64,000 bases of DNA from Armatimonadota bacterium (GTDB taxonomy: Bacteria; Sysuimicrobiota; Sysuimicrobiia; Sysuimicrobiales; Humicultoraceae): the NCBI GenBank assembly GCA_037443365.1, contig JBBIOM010000001.1:1693-65692 (forward strand), written 5' to 3'. The notes below the pieces were generated by a model, which did not search any database, was not told where the DNA came from, and saw nothing but the letters and a program-made list of their open reading frames with translations. Of this stretch, positions 9,558 to 17,511 are shown in pieces. The translations under genes and the position numbers were made by a program. Positions within the stretch are counted from its first letter, which is position 1. Each line of letters begins with the position of its first letter.

Positions 9558-9938
9558 TCAGCTCATGATTTGGATCTCGACTCCCAGCTGGAGCCGACCC
9601 CAGGCCCGATCTGCTGTCAGGACCGGAAGGCCCAGTCGCGCAGCCAGGGCCAGGCAGGCGCGATCGCCCAGGGAGAGCCCGAGCGAGCGCGTCTTCGGCC
9701 GGAGGAGGCCCGCCGCATAGGCCATTGCGGCGTCGAACGGCACCACGGTCATCCCGAGATCCAGTCCGTCGCGGATCTCACGTTCGTTCAATCCCACATC
9801 GGCCAGCTTGGCGACGACCTCCGAGAGATTCACCGCGCTCAGAGCCGCATCAGGCAACGAACCTTCCCATTGTTTGGCGCGCGGCTCCTGATTCAAGAGG
9901 GCTAGCAGCGCAGACGCGTCCAGCACGAGGCTACTCAC
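9558..9938 (-). CDS. vapC: PIN-domain toxin (VapC family)
   Basis: 'LVLDASALLA', 'SAVNLSEV', 'LSLGDRACLALA' and 'VLTADRAW'. GTG start overlaps the antitoxin stop. Confidence 0.92.
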   Translation of the reverse strand: MSSLVLDASALLALLNQEPRAKQWEGSLPDAALSAVNLSEVVAKLADVGLNEREIRDGLDLGMTVVPFDAAMAYAAGLLRPKTRSLGLSLGDRACLALAARLGLPVLTADRAWGRLQLGVEIQIMS

Positions 9939-10455
9939 GCTCGGCCTCGAGGCGGCGCTCCGCGATGAGCTCGTCGGCCAGCGATCGGCCCGCAGGTACA
10001 TACCGCCGAAGCATTTCCTGTGCGCGGCGGAGCGCAAGGCCAGGGGTCGTGAGACGGATCTCGTCGTCTGCAAAGCGCACGCTCAGTTCATCACCTTCAT
10101 CGACTCCCAACGCCTCGCGGTACTGCACCGGAATTACGACCCTTCCTCCTTGCCCCACAACAAGGCGATCCGGCCCGGAAGGAACGCGACGAGCTCTGGG
10201 TCCCTGCTCGGGTTCGCGCGACCGCGCCAATCCCAGGTCCCTGCGCACCTTCCGAGCGTACCAGTCCAGCAGGTAACGTCCGATGCTCTCGTCGTCCCAC
10301 TGACCCATCGTTGCCTCGCACCCCGCCGCGCGAAGCGCGGTGATGGCGTCCGCGCGCGACACCTCATTCTTCACGTATGCGCGCACGATCTCGTAGCCCT
10401 CGCCCCCCGGCTGCCAGAACCCTCGAGGCTTGATCTTCCGACGATGAAGGGCCAT
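9931..10455 (-). CDS. AbrB/MazE/SpoVT-family antitoxin with N-terminal extension
   Basis: 'VGQGGRVVIPVQYREALGVDEGDEL' AbrB fold and 'SLADELIAERR' tail. GAGGTGAGG RBS precedes the ATG at 10455. Confidence 0.88.
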   Translation of the reverse strand: MALHRRKIKPRGFWQPGGEGYEIVRAYVKNEVSRADAITALRAAGCEATMGQWDDESIGRYLLDWYARKVRRDLGLARSREPEQGPRARRVPSGPDRLVVGQGGRVVIPVQYREALGVDEGDELSVRFADDEIRLTTPGLALRRAQEMLRRYVPAGRSLADELIAERRLEAERE

Positions 10456-10555
10456 CTTCCTCACCTCACTATCGTGGCATTGAAAACACTTTCTGGGCAT
10501 TCACGAGATACCTACCATGATATGAGTGAAATGTCAATAACGGATCGTAGTGGGG

Positions 10556-10723
10556 CCGTAATTCAAACATACGGGGGGTCTTGTCCTGCTGAGGATCGCA
10601 GAGGCACCTTCCCCGTAGACGATGACCGCTCCGCGGCCTACCCGTTCGTCCGCCTGTGGGGTGGTGATGGCGCAGGCGGCTGCGAACCTCCCGCGATCGG
10701 GGGGGATTACGTCTGAATCACAG
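10556..10723 (-). mobile_element. Internally deleted IS remnant (MITE-sized, 168 bp), copy 2
   Basis: Ends CCGTAATTCAAA and TCTGAATCACAG. Shares the internal blocks ACGGGGGGTCT and CCTTCCCCGTAGACG with copy 1, in the same orientation. Confidence 0.72.
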
Positions 10724-10726
10724 ATG

Positions 10727-12424
10727 CTACGGAGCAGGCGCCTTTCGGACCGTGACCCTTCGCACGACGAGGTCATCCGCGCGATTGCCGCCAGCGTTGA
10801 TCGCGAAATCCCAACCCCATGCGTTGGCCATCGAGGCATCGGTGAGTCGCAACGTGTAAGTCACCCAACCGTCGGCGATCTCCACCCACTGCCAAGGCGT
10901 AAACCTGTACCCGCCCGTGGAGTCGTAGAGCAGGTTGAACCCCACCAGGTCCCGCGCCTGGCTGCCCCACACCTCCACCGTCACCTCGAGAGGGGTCCTG
11001 CCCTCCAGGAAGTAAGCGAAGGTATCGTCGATGTCGAAGTAGACATACACGACCCCGCGCGCGATGACCGTGCGCACGCCCTCTCCGAGGGCGGTCTCGA
11101 ACGGCTCAACCGCACCGTTGGGCCGATTGCGGTAGGGTAGGTTGTAGAGGCCTCGCTCCTCGCCTATCTGCCCAAGCCGGGCCGAGACCTCAGGGCTACG
11201 GCTGAAATCGCGCTCCGTGGAAACGACGGGCAGCAGCGCGCCGCGTGCGGCCGCGGTGGCGCGGGCTTCATCCGCCAGGGCTCGCGTCATGCCCGATATG
11301 ACAAGCGGCGCCAAGTTCAGATGCAGGACCATCCGGGCGTCCCTGATCTGGGATGCGACCGGACGTCCTGCGATCGTCATCACGCGCGCGTCGGCTTGCT
11401 GTGAGAGATCGAGGGTCCTCCCTTCCGCAACCGACCAGGCCAGGAGAACCGCGTCCGCTCCGGCGCCGTAGAGCACGGCGAACACGTCGGGATCGCGCAC
11501 CAGGTAGCCGGAATAGGGCCGGCCTGCCAGCAGCGTCGCGACCTGGCGAAGATCTGCGCCTCCAGGATGAGGGGCTGCCACAAAGAGCCTCTCCACGCCC
11601 GCGGCCTGGGCCACGGCAAGGGCCCGCGCCAGCAGCCCGGCGCGCGCGTCGGCATCGCCGGGCTGCTCCGGGATCCATTCCAGCCACAGCGTCTTCCCGG
11701 CGGCCCTGGCCCGATCGGCCAGTATTCCCAGCGGTCGAAGAAGCGACTCAGGGACCGGGCCCCGGGCTGTCAGGGCCAGGGTATCAAAGTGCCCGGGCGC
11801 GGCCTGCAGCATTCGCACGCAGAAAGCCAGATCCACGCCCTCCGGCGAGGCCGCTGCTACCCTTGCCGACGAGTCCAGGGCGCGAAGACGCACGGCAGCG
11901 GTCTGGAGCATGGCCGCGTACTCGTTGGCGGAGCCGCGGAAGTGCGGCAGTCCAATCCGTGTCCATACCTGCCAGTCACGCACGCGGTCGCGGTAGCGCG
12001 TCGCCACACTTCCCACAAACCGGTCCCATTCGCGCAGGTCCCGGGGCGGCTGGCGTGCGTAGATCTCGGGCCGCGCGAGATCGGCGCCGGTCGCGATGCT
12101 GGCCCACCGCGGCGTGAAGGCCAGCACGAGCACAGGAGTCAGGCCGTCGCGCTGGGCCGCGGCCACGGCGCGATCCAGTTCGCTCCAGACAGGCTGCCCC
12201 TGCCGCGCCTCAATGGCGCTCCAGTCGGCCGTGATCTTCGCCCACCGGATGCCGGCGGCGCGCGCCGCCGCGTATCCCGAGGGATCCGGATCGGACCAGC
12301 CGAACTGCACCGCCCCCGGCTGCAAGGCCTGCCCAAGACCGACGCGCGGACCTGCCAGAGCGGCAAGCGCTACAAGAACGGCCGCCGCGGTCGCGCGCAG
12401 GCAGGCGGGCGAGGCCCAAAGCAT
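10727..12424 (-). CDS. Secreted clan GH-A (GH39/GH5-like) glycoside hydrolase-like protein with C-terminal beta domain
   Basis: Signal peptide, 'GIRWAKITADWSAIE..WSELDRAV' and 'PPRDLREWDRFV..RYRDRVRDWQVW'. The catalytic NEP motif appears altered. Confidence 0.75.
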   Translation of the reverse strand: MLWASPACLRATAAAVLVALAALAGPRVGLGQALQPGAVQFGWSDPDPSGYAAARAAGIRWAKITADWSAIEARQGQPVWSELDRAVAAAQRDGLTPVLVLAFTPRWASIATGADLARPEIYARQPPRDLREWDRFVGSVATRYRDRVRDWQVWTRIGLPHFRGSANEYAAMLQTAAVRLRALDSSARVAAASPEGVDLAFCVRMLQAAPGHFDTLALTARGPVPESLLRPLGILADRARAAGKTLWLEWIPEQPGDADARAGLLARALAVAQAAGVERLFVAAPHPGGADLRQVATLLAGRPYSGYLVRDPDVFAVLYGAGADAVLLAWSVAEGRTLDLSQQADARVMTIAGRPVASQIRDARMVLHLNLAPLVISGMTRALADEARATAAARGALLPVVSTERDFSRSPEVSARLGQIGEERGLYNLPYRNRPNGAVEPFETALGEGVRTVIARGVVYVYFDIDDTFAYFLEGRTPLEVTVEVWGSQARDLVGFNLLYDSTGGYRFTPWQWVEIADGWVTYTLRLTDASMANAWGWDFAINAGGNRADDLVVRRVTVRKAPAP

Positions 12425-12541
12425 GCCTGAACTCTTCTGCGCGCATGCGGAGCTCCCTGCGACGCAGGAAGGAAGGCCCCCCTCGGGGTGGAATAACCCT
12501 GATTTGTCGTGCACGAGTACCAGGTTGACGGAGGAGACAAG

Positions 12542-13006
12542 ATGATCTGGACTGTCCCGCGGGCGATCACAGCCGTCGCCGGCGCGGGTGAGGGAAGCAC
12601 CAGACTGAACGCGTTCGACCACGCCCTGATGGACGCCGGCATCGCCGACCTGAACTTCCTGAGGGTTACGAGCATCTGCCCCGAGGGAGCACGCGTCGTC
12701 CCGATGCGGGCGTACACCCCGGGCATGCTCATGCCGGCGGTCTACACGCGGATCAGCAGCCACACGCCCGGGGAGCGCATCGCTGCCTCGGTGGGAGTCG
12801 GCATCGGAGAGGGCAGCCACGGCGTGATCATGGAATACGCTCACGCCGGCTCGGCCGAGAACGCCGAGCAGATCGTACGGCGCATGGTCGAGGAGGCGAT
12901 GGCCACCCGAGGGCTCGCTACGGCGCAGATCGTCGTGGCTGCGCGGGAGCACGTCGTCGGGCGCATGGGCTGCGTCGTCGCGGCCGTGCTGTTCTGGCCG
13001 GAGTAG
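12542..13006 (+). CDS. pdaD: Pyruvoyl-dependent arginine decarboxylase
   Basis: 'GEGSTRLNAFDHALMDAGIADLNFLRVTSICP' with a T-S self-cleavage site, 'GVIMEY', and a GGAGGAG RBS. Confidence 0.9.
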   Translation: MIWTVPRAITAVAGAGEGSTRLNAFDHALMDAGIADLNFLRVTSICPEGARVVPMRAYTPGMLMPAVYTRISSHTPGERIAASVGVGIGEGSHGVIMEYAHAGSAENAEQIVRRMVEEAMATRGLATAQIVVAAREHVVGRMGCVVAAVLFWPE

Positions 13007-13011
13007 CCGCC

Positions 13012-13872
13012 GTGCCGCGAAGACCGAAACCGAGGTGGATCACCGACCAGGGCGGAGAGGCCTTTGCACACATCTACCGGGTGGACGCGGTGCTGCACGA
13101 CAGACGGTCCGCCTTTCAGCGGGTGCGCATCATCGAGAACAAGGACTTCGGCCGCATGCTCATCCTCGACGACGCGGTGCAGACAACGGAGAGGGATGAG
13201 TTCATATACCACGAGCTGCTGTCGCACGTGCCGCTGTGCACCCATCGCGCGCCCCGGCGCGCCCTGATCATAGGGGGCGGTGACGGAGGGCTGCTGCGCG
13301 AGACCCTGCGGCACCCCATAGAACACGCCACGATGGTCGAGATCGACCGCGAGGTCATTGACGCGACCCTGCGGTGGATACCCACGATCCCGGGCGGCAG
13401 CTACCAGGACCCGCGCGCCCGCCTCCTGGTCGGGGACGGCATCGAGTTCGTGCGCAGTGGCGACGAGGACTTTGACGTGGCGATGGTGGACTCCACCGAC
13501 CCGAAGGGGCCGTCGCTTGGGCTGTTCTCAAGCGAGTTCTATGCCCAGATGGCAGGCCGCCTGGGTGATGGCGGGGTGCTGGCGGTTCAGAGCGGCTCCC
13601 CCCTGTACCAGCAGGACCTGATCGCGATGGTGCGGAGGAACATGGCGCCCCACTTCAGGTGGGTGCGCACGTACCTGGGCGCTGTGCCCACCTACCCGGG
13701 CGTCCTCTGGACCTTCACGCTGGGCTCACAGGCACGCGATCCAATGGACGCGAGCCCCGAGGAGACCACCGCGAGGATGCGCGGGATACCCACCCGCTAC
13801 TATCTCCCGGCGGCGCACCGCGATCTCTTCGTGCTGCCGCCCTTCCTGCACGTCGCGATCCCTGCGGGATAG
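13012..13872 (+). CDS. speE: Polyamine aminopropyltransferase
   Basis: 'LILDDAVQTTERDEFIYHE', 'LIIGGGDGG' and 'VDSTDP'. Confidence 0.95.
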   Translation: MPRRPKPRWITDQGGEAFAHIYRVDAVLHDRRSAFQRVRIIENKDFGRMLILDDAVQTTERDEFIYHELLSHVPLCTHRAPRRALIIGGGDGGLLRETLRHPIEHATMVEIDREVIDATLRWIPTIPGGSYQDPRARLLVGDGIEFVRSGDEDFDVAMVDSTDPKGPSLGLFSSEFYAQMAGRLGDGGVLAVQSGSPLYQQDLIAMVRRNMAPHFRWVRTYLGAVPTYPGVLWTFTLGSQARDPMDASPEETTARMRGIPTRYYLPAAHRDLFVLPPFLHVAIPAG

Positions 13873-13878
13873 GCGCCA

Positions 13879-14733
13879 GTGCCGTTCCTGGGCGCCGGAG
13901 AGCACAGGTACCCCTCGGCGGTACTGATCGGGGCGCCCTACGACGCGACATCCACCTACCGGCCCGGCTCGGCCCACGCGCCCGCGTCAATCCGGTGGGC
14001 CTCTCTGAGCATCGAGACCTACAGCCCCCTCCTGCGGCGCGACCTTCGCGATCTGGCCTTGTCCGACCTGGGTGACGTGGATCTCGCCGGCTGCGGCGCG
14101 GAAGCGATGGTTGAACGCATCCGCGCGCACATCGCCGCGACCAGCGGCCTGCCCGTCCTGGTTGGAGGCGAGCACACCGTAACGCTTGGAGCCGTGGCCG
14201 CGCTGGCCGAGCGGCACCCCGACCTGGGTCTGCTCGTCCTGGACGCCCATCTGGACCTGCTCGAGGAGTACGAGGGAGCGCGCCTGTCGCACGCCACCGT
14301 GCTGTGGCACCTCACCGAGCGCCTGGGCCCGGAGAGGTGCGCCGTGCTGGGCGCCCGATCGGGGACGCGCGAAGAGTGGTCCGCCGCGTCCGGGCTTGCG
14401 GCGGCCGTACGGGCGGGCGTGCTGCCGCCGGCGGCCAGGAAGGCGTTGCAGGGCAGGCCGGTCTACCTGTCGGTGGACGTTGACGTCTTCGATCCCTGTT
14501 TGGCCCCGGGCACAGGGAACCCGGAGCCGTTGGGGATTGGCGTGAGCGAGTTCGTGGCACTGCTGGGGGAACTGATGGAGCACCGGATCGTAGGATGCGA
14601 CCTGGTGGAGGTGAGCCCGCCCTGCGATCCGTCGGGGCGCACCTCGATCCTGGCGGCCTGGCTGTTGCGCGAGATGCTGCTGGCGTTCGCCCTGCCGGAG
14701 CGCGGCGTCAGCGCCCGCCCCGCTGCGAGATAG
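13879..14733 (+). CDS. speB: Agmatinase / ureohydrolase
   Basis: Mn-binding motifs GGEHTVT, DAHLD and SVDVDVFDP. Confidence 0.93.
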   Translation: MPFLGAGEHRYPSAVLIGAPYDATSTYRPGSAHAPASIRWASLSIETYSPLLRRDLRDLALSDLGDVDLAGCGAEAMVERIRAHIAATSGLPVLVGGEHTVTLGAVAALAERHPDLGLLVLDAHLDLLEEYEGARLSHATVLWHLTERLGPERCAVLGARSGTREEWSAASGLAAAVRAGVLPPAARKALQGRPVYLSVDVDVFDPCLAPGTGNPEPLGIGVSEFVALLGELMEHRIVGCDLVEVSPPCDPSGRTSILAAWLLREMLLAFALPERGVSARPAAR

Positions 14734-15745
14734 CGGCCGCCATCCCCAGCAGGTCGGCAAGCGGGAGAGGCCCTGCCAGGGTCAGCCGCTGGCCACGGAT
14801 CTCCCAGGTGACGATCCGCAGACCGCCTGCTCCGAAGGTGCGCGCCTGCGCACCCAGCGCCGGCACCGGATCGCCCCGTCCGATGGGTCCCATGCGGGCG
14901 GTGGGCGCGACAAACAGGAGCAGGCTGCGCGCGCCATCGGAGTACTCGAGGGACGCGGCGAGCATCGAGCCGTGACGTGTCGGCGCCCCGCCCCTCAGCG
15001 TGAAGTTGCCGGGAAGCACGAGCGGGAACTCGAGGCCAAACCCCACAGCCTTCTCCGTCTCGGGAAGCGTGAGCAGGGGCTCGGATGGGCCCGCCGGGCC
15101 CACGACACGGGCGCCCGCCGGATTGCGCGCGCCAAACAGCGCCGCCGGGACGTTCAGGCCGAAGCTGATGCGCGTGAAATAGGACACCAGCGAGAGCCCG
15201 TCAGCGGGATTGCGCTCCTCTGCGCGCAGCGCCACGCCTGTGGTCCTGTCAATCCACAGACGCCGCTCGCCGGTCCCGGAGCGATGCTTCAGGCTCAGCA
15301 CAGCCGTCCTGCGGCCTACTACCTCCTCTACGCCCAGCAATCCCAGATCATACTCCGAGAGCCAACCCGGAGGCGGCGGATCGTGCGGCGGCGCCAGTGA
15401 GGGACCAATGAACACCGTGTGAAGGCGCGGCTCGTAGTGCCAGGTCACCAGCCCGTCGTCAATCACCAGGCGCCCGGCCACGCCCTCAGGCGAGATGAAC
15501 TCCAGCCGGGTCTTCCCGGGCCGCTTCCGCGTCTCGATCAGCGTGACCGACTCCATGGTCTGACCGCGGAGCACGGAAAGCACCTTGGTCCCCTCGTAGT
15601 CCACTATCTGAGGCGCGATTGCCGCGTGGCGGATGACCTCCTGCAGTGTCACGCCGTCCAGGAGGGACTCGGGCGTACCCTGCGACATGCCCGGCGCCGC
15701 GACTGCCAGGCATATCGCCAGCGCGGCAGCGCTGCGCCGCATCAC
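14708..15745 (-). CDS. RseB/MucB-like periplasmic sigma-E regulator (LolA-like fold)
   Basis: Signal peptide, 'RLEFISPEGVAGRLVIDDG' and 'RRLWIDRTTGVAL'. Third gene of the ECF operon. Confidence 0.8.
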   Translation of the reverse strand: MMRRSAAALAICLAVAAPGMSQGTPESLLDGVTLQEVIRHAAIAPQIVDYEGTKVLSVLRGQTMESVTLIETRKRPGKTRLEFISPEGVAGRLVIDDGLVTWHYEPRLHTVFIGPSLAPPHDPPPPGWLSEYDLGLLGVEEVVGRRTAVLSLKHRSGTGERRLWIDRTTGVALRAEERNPADGLSLVSYFTRISFGLNVPAALFGARNPAGARVVGPAGPSEPLLTLPETEKAVGFGLEFPLVLPGNFTLRGGAPTRHGSMLAASLEYSDGARSLLLFVAPTARMGPIGRGDPVPALGAQARTFGAGGLRIVTWEIRGQRLTLAGPLPLADLLGMAAAISQRGGR

Positions 15746-16236
15746 CGCGCCGCCTCGCGGGGGTCCTCGCCGATCAGGCGAAGGCTGGCGTCGGTGAAGA
15801 CGAGCCCGAGAAACGCGCGGTCCGCGAGCGGATCCCCCGCCTGCGCCCGCGCCGTCCGCTGCAGGAACAGGTCAGGGCCGACCTCCGCTGCGCGAAGGCG
15901 CACCTGATGGCCCCGAATGGCCGGCGCCGTCACCATGGCCAGAACCAGCACCAGCACCGCGATCGCCGTCGCAGGATGCGGCAGCCGAACGGGCCACCAC
16001 AACAATCGGGGGCGCGCCTGAGGCGCGACGCGCGACCAGGTGTCCGCCGCGAAGCCCGGGGGCATCTCGGGCCGCCCCAGAGACCCCAGGAGCCGCTTCG
16101 TCGCGCGGAGTTCTTGAATCTCCGCGCGGCAGCCAGGGCAATCCGCCAGGTGGCCGCCGATCGCGGCCATCTCATCCGGCGAGAGCTCCTCGTCGATGTA
16201 GGCGCTCAACAGGCGCGAGGCGCGGGCGTGGTTCAT
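15742..16236 (-). CDS. Zinc-binding anti-sigma factor (zf-HC2)
   Basis: 'LLSAYIDEEL..HLADCPGC' (HxxxCxxC) plus one transmembrane segment. Confidence 0.9.
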   Translation of the reverse strand: MNHARASRLLSAYIDEELSPDEMAAIGGHLADCPGCRAEIQELRATKRLLGSLGRPEMPPGFAADTWSRVAPQARPRLLWWPVRLPHPATAIAVLVLVLAMVTAPAIRGHQVRLRAAEVGPDLFLQRTARAQAGDPLADRAFLGLVFTDASLRLIGEDPREAAR

Positions 16237-16814
16237 GGGTCCTCAATGCCCTCCCTAAGCGGCGCCAGGCGTTCCCTCAGTGCCGCGCGCGCCCGGTGCA
16301 GCCGTGACTTCACCGTGCCCACTGGAATCCCCATGATCGCGGCGATTTCCTCGTAGGCATATCCCTCGACATCGGCCAGCACGACGACCATGCGAATCTC
16401 GGGCGCAAGCGACATGAGCGCCTGTTGCACGCGCCGATCTGCGATCGCGCCCAGAACGGCGCGTTCGACATCGGAGGAGGGATCAGGCAGCTCCCTGGCC
16501 AGATCCCCTGATGCGGTCGCGATGGGCTCGTCGAGTGACTGCATCCGCACTCCACGGCGGCGCCGAAGCGTGTCAATGAAGAGGTTGGCAACGGTCCGAT
16601 AGAACCATCCCTCCAGCGAGGCGTCGGGCCGCAGGCGCCCGAGCGACCGCCAGGCGCGTACAAAGGCCTCCTGCGCGAGGTCATTCGCGTCAAACGCGTT
16701 CCCGCACATGCGGTAGGCGATCGCATACACGCGCCGTCCATATGTCGCAACGAGCGCGTCAAAGCGCGCCCTGTCGTCCCTGGAATCGGCCGGTCGCTCC
16801 TGGAAGCGCGTCAC
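16233..16814 (-). CDS. ECF RNA polymerase sigma factor
   Basis: 'DLAQEAFVRAW' and 'YEEIAAIMGIPVGTVKSRLHRAR'. Confidence 0.95.
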   Translation of the reverse strand: MTRFQERPADSRDDRARFDALVATYGRRVYAIAYRMCGNAFDANDLAQEAFVRAWRSLGRLRPDASLEGWFYRTVANLFIDTLRRRRGVRMQSLDEPIATASGDLARELPDPSSDVERAVLGAIADRRVQQALMSLAPEIRMVVVLADVEGYAYEEIAAIMGIPVGTVKSRLHRARAALRERLAPLREGIEDP

Positions 16815-16851
16815 GCCCCACCCGCGACCGCCCTGCTCCTTCCCTCTGCTC

Positions 16852-16877
16852 TACGCACCAGGGTTCGGGAGGGTTCC
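16852..16877 (-). promoter_or_regulatory. Putative ECF-type (autoregulatory) promoter
   Basis: Minus strand GGAAC-N17-CGTA, about 40 bp upstream of the ECF sigma start. Confidence 0.55.
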
Positions 16878-16878
16878 C

Positions 16879-17469
16879 TCAATCCAGCCGGAGCAAGGGC
16901 TCCAGACGCCGGAACAGCTTGGGGCCTATGCCCTGGACCTCGAGCAGGTCGTCCAGGCGCCGGAAGAGCCCTCTGGCTTCGCGATGCTCCACGATACGAC
17001 GCGCCAGAACAGGGCCGACGCCTGGCAGACGCTCAAGGTCTGCCGCGGTCGCAGTGTTCACGTTCACCGCCGGGGCCCCCTCCCCTCCTGCCGGCCTCAC
17101 CGATGCAGGCCTCTCTCGGTGTCCACCTCCCACAGGCGGGTACGGCGGCTGCACAATCCGCGGCACGACCACCCTGTCGCCGTCGCGCAGCAGCGCGGCC
17201 AGATTGACACGCCGAAGATCCGCAACGATGGTGGGGCCGTGGGCCGCGCGCACGGCATCCTGGAGACGGGCCCCAGAGGGAAGCACGTACAGGCCGGGCC
17301 AGACGACCTCGCCCGCCACGTGCACGCTGATCTGCGCCGGGGCCGAGGGTTCGCTGACCAGCGGCGGTCCGGCCGCGCGCCCGGCCCGGATCACCGCCCC
17401 GCCGGCCAGCATCAGCGCCGCTGCCAGCCCGGCCAGCGCCATCTGGTCCGACCGCTCGACGCCCACCAC
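16879..17469 (-). CDS. comEA: Competence protein ComEA (SLBB + helix-hairpin-helix)
   Basis: 'VHVAGEVVWPGLY', 'VNVNTATAADLERLPGVGP' and 'VQGIGPK'. Confidence 0.92.
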   Translation of the reverse strand: MVGVERSDQMALAGLAAALMLAGGAVIRAGRAAGPPLVSEPSAPAQISVHVAGEVVWPGLYVLPSGARLQDAVRAAHGPTIVADLRRVNLAALLRDGDRVVVPRIVQPPYPPVGGGHRERPASVRPAGGEGAPAVNVNTATAADLERLPGVGPVLARRIVEHREARGLFRRLDDLLEVQGIGPKLFRRLEPLLRLD

Positions 17470-17511
17470 CCCCCTGCCGTTCTATCGGCAGACGGGGAGG
17501 GATACTGCGGG

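Larger units (their letters stand above)
9061..10734. repeat. 11-bp target-site duplication flanking the IS-vapBC-IS island
   Basis: ATGCTACGGGG (9061-9071) and ATGCTACGGAG (10724-10734) are 10/11 identical and abut the outer TIRs. Confidence 0.75.

Noticed and set aside
10505-10540. Promoter/operator for vapBC
   Set aside because: TTGACA is present on the minus strand, but the -10 at 17 bp (TAGGTA) is poor and no clear operator palindrome was found.
9060-10730. Repeated segments as a possible CRISPR array
   Set aside because: There are only two copies, in TIR configuration, with no regular spacers and no cas genes. An IS remnant explains them. No CRISPR array was seen anywhere in the window.
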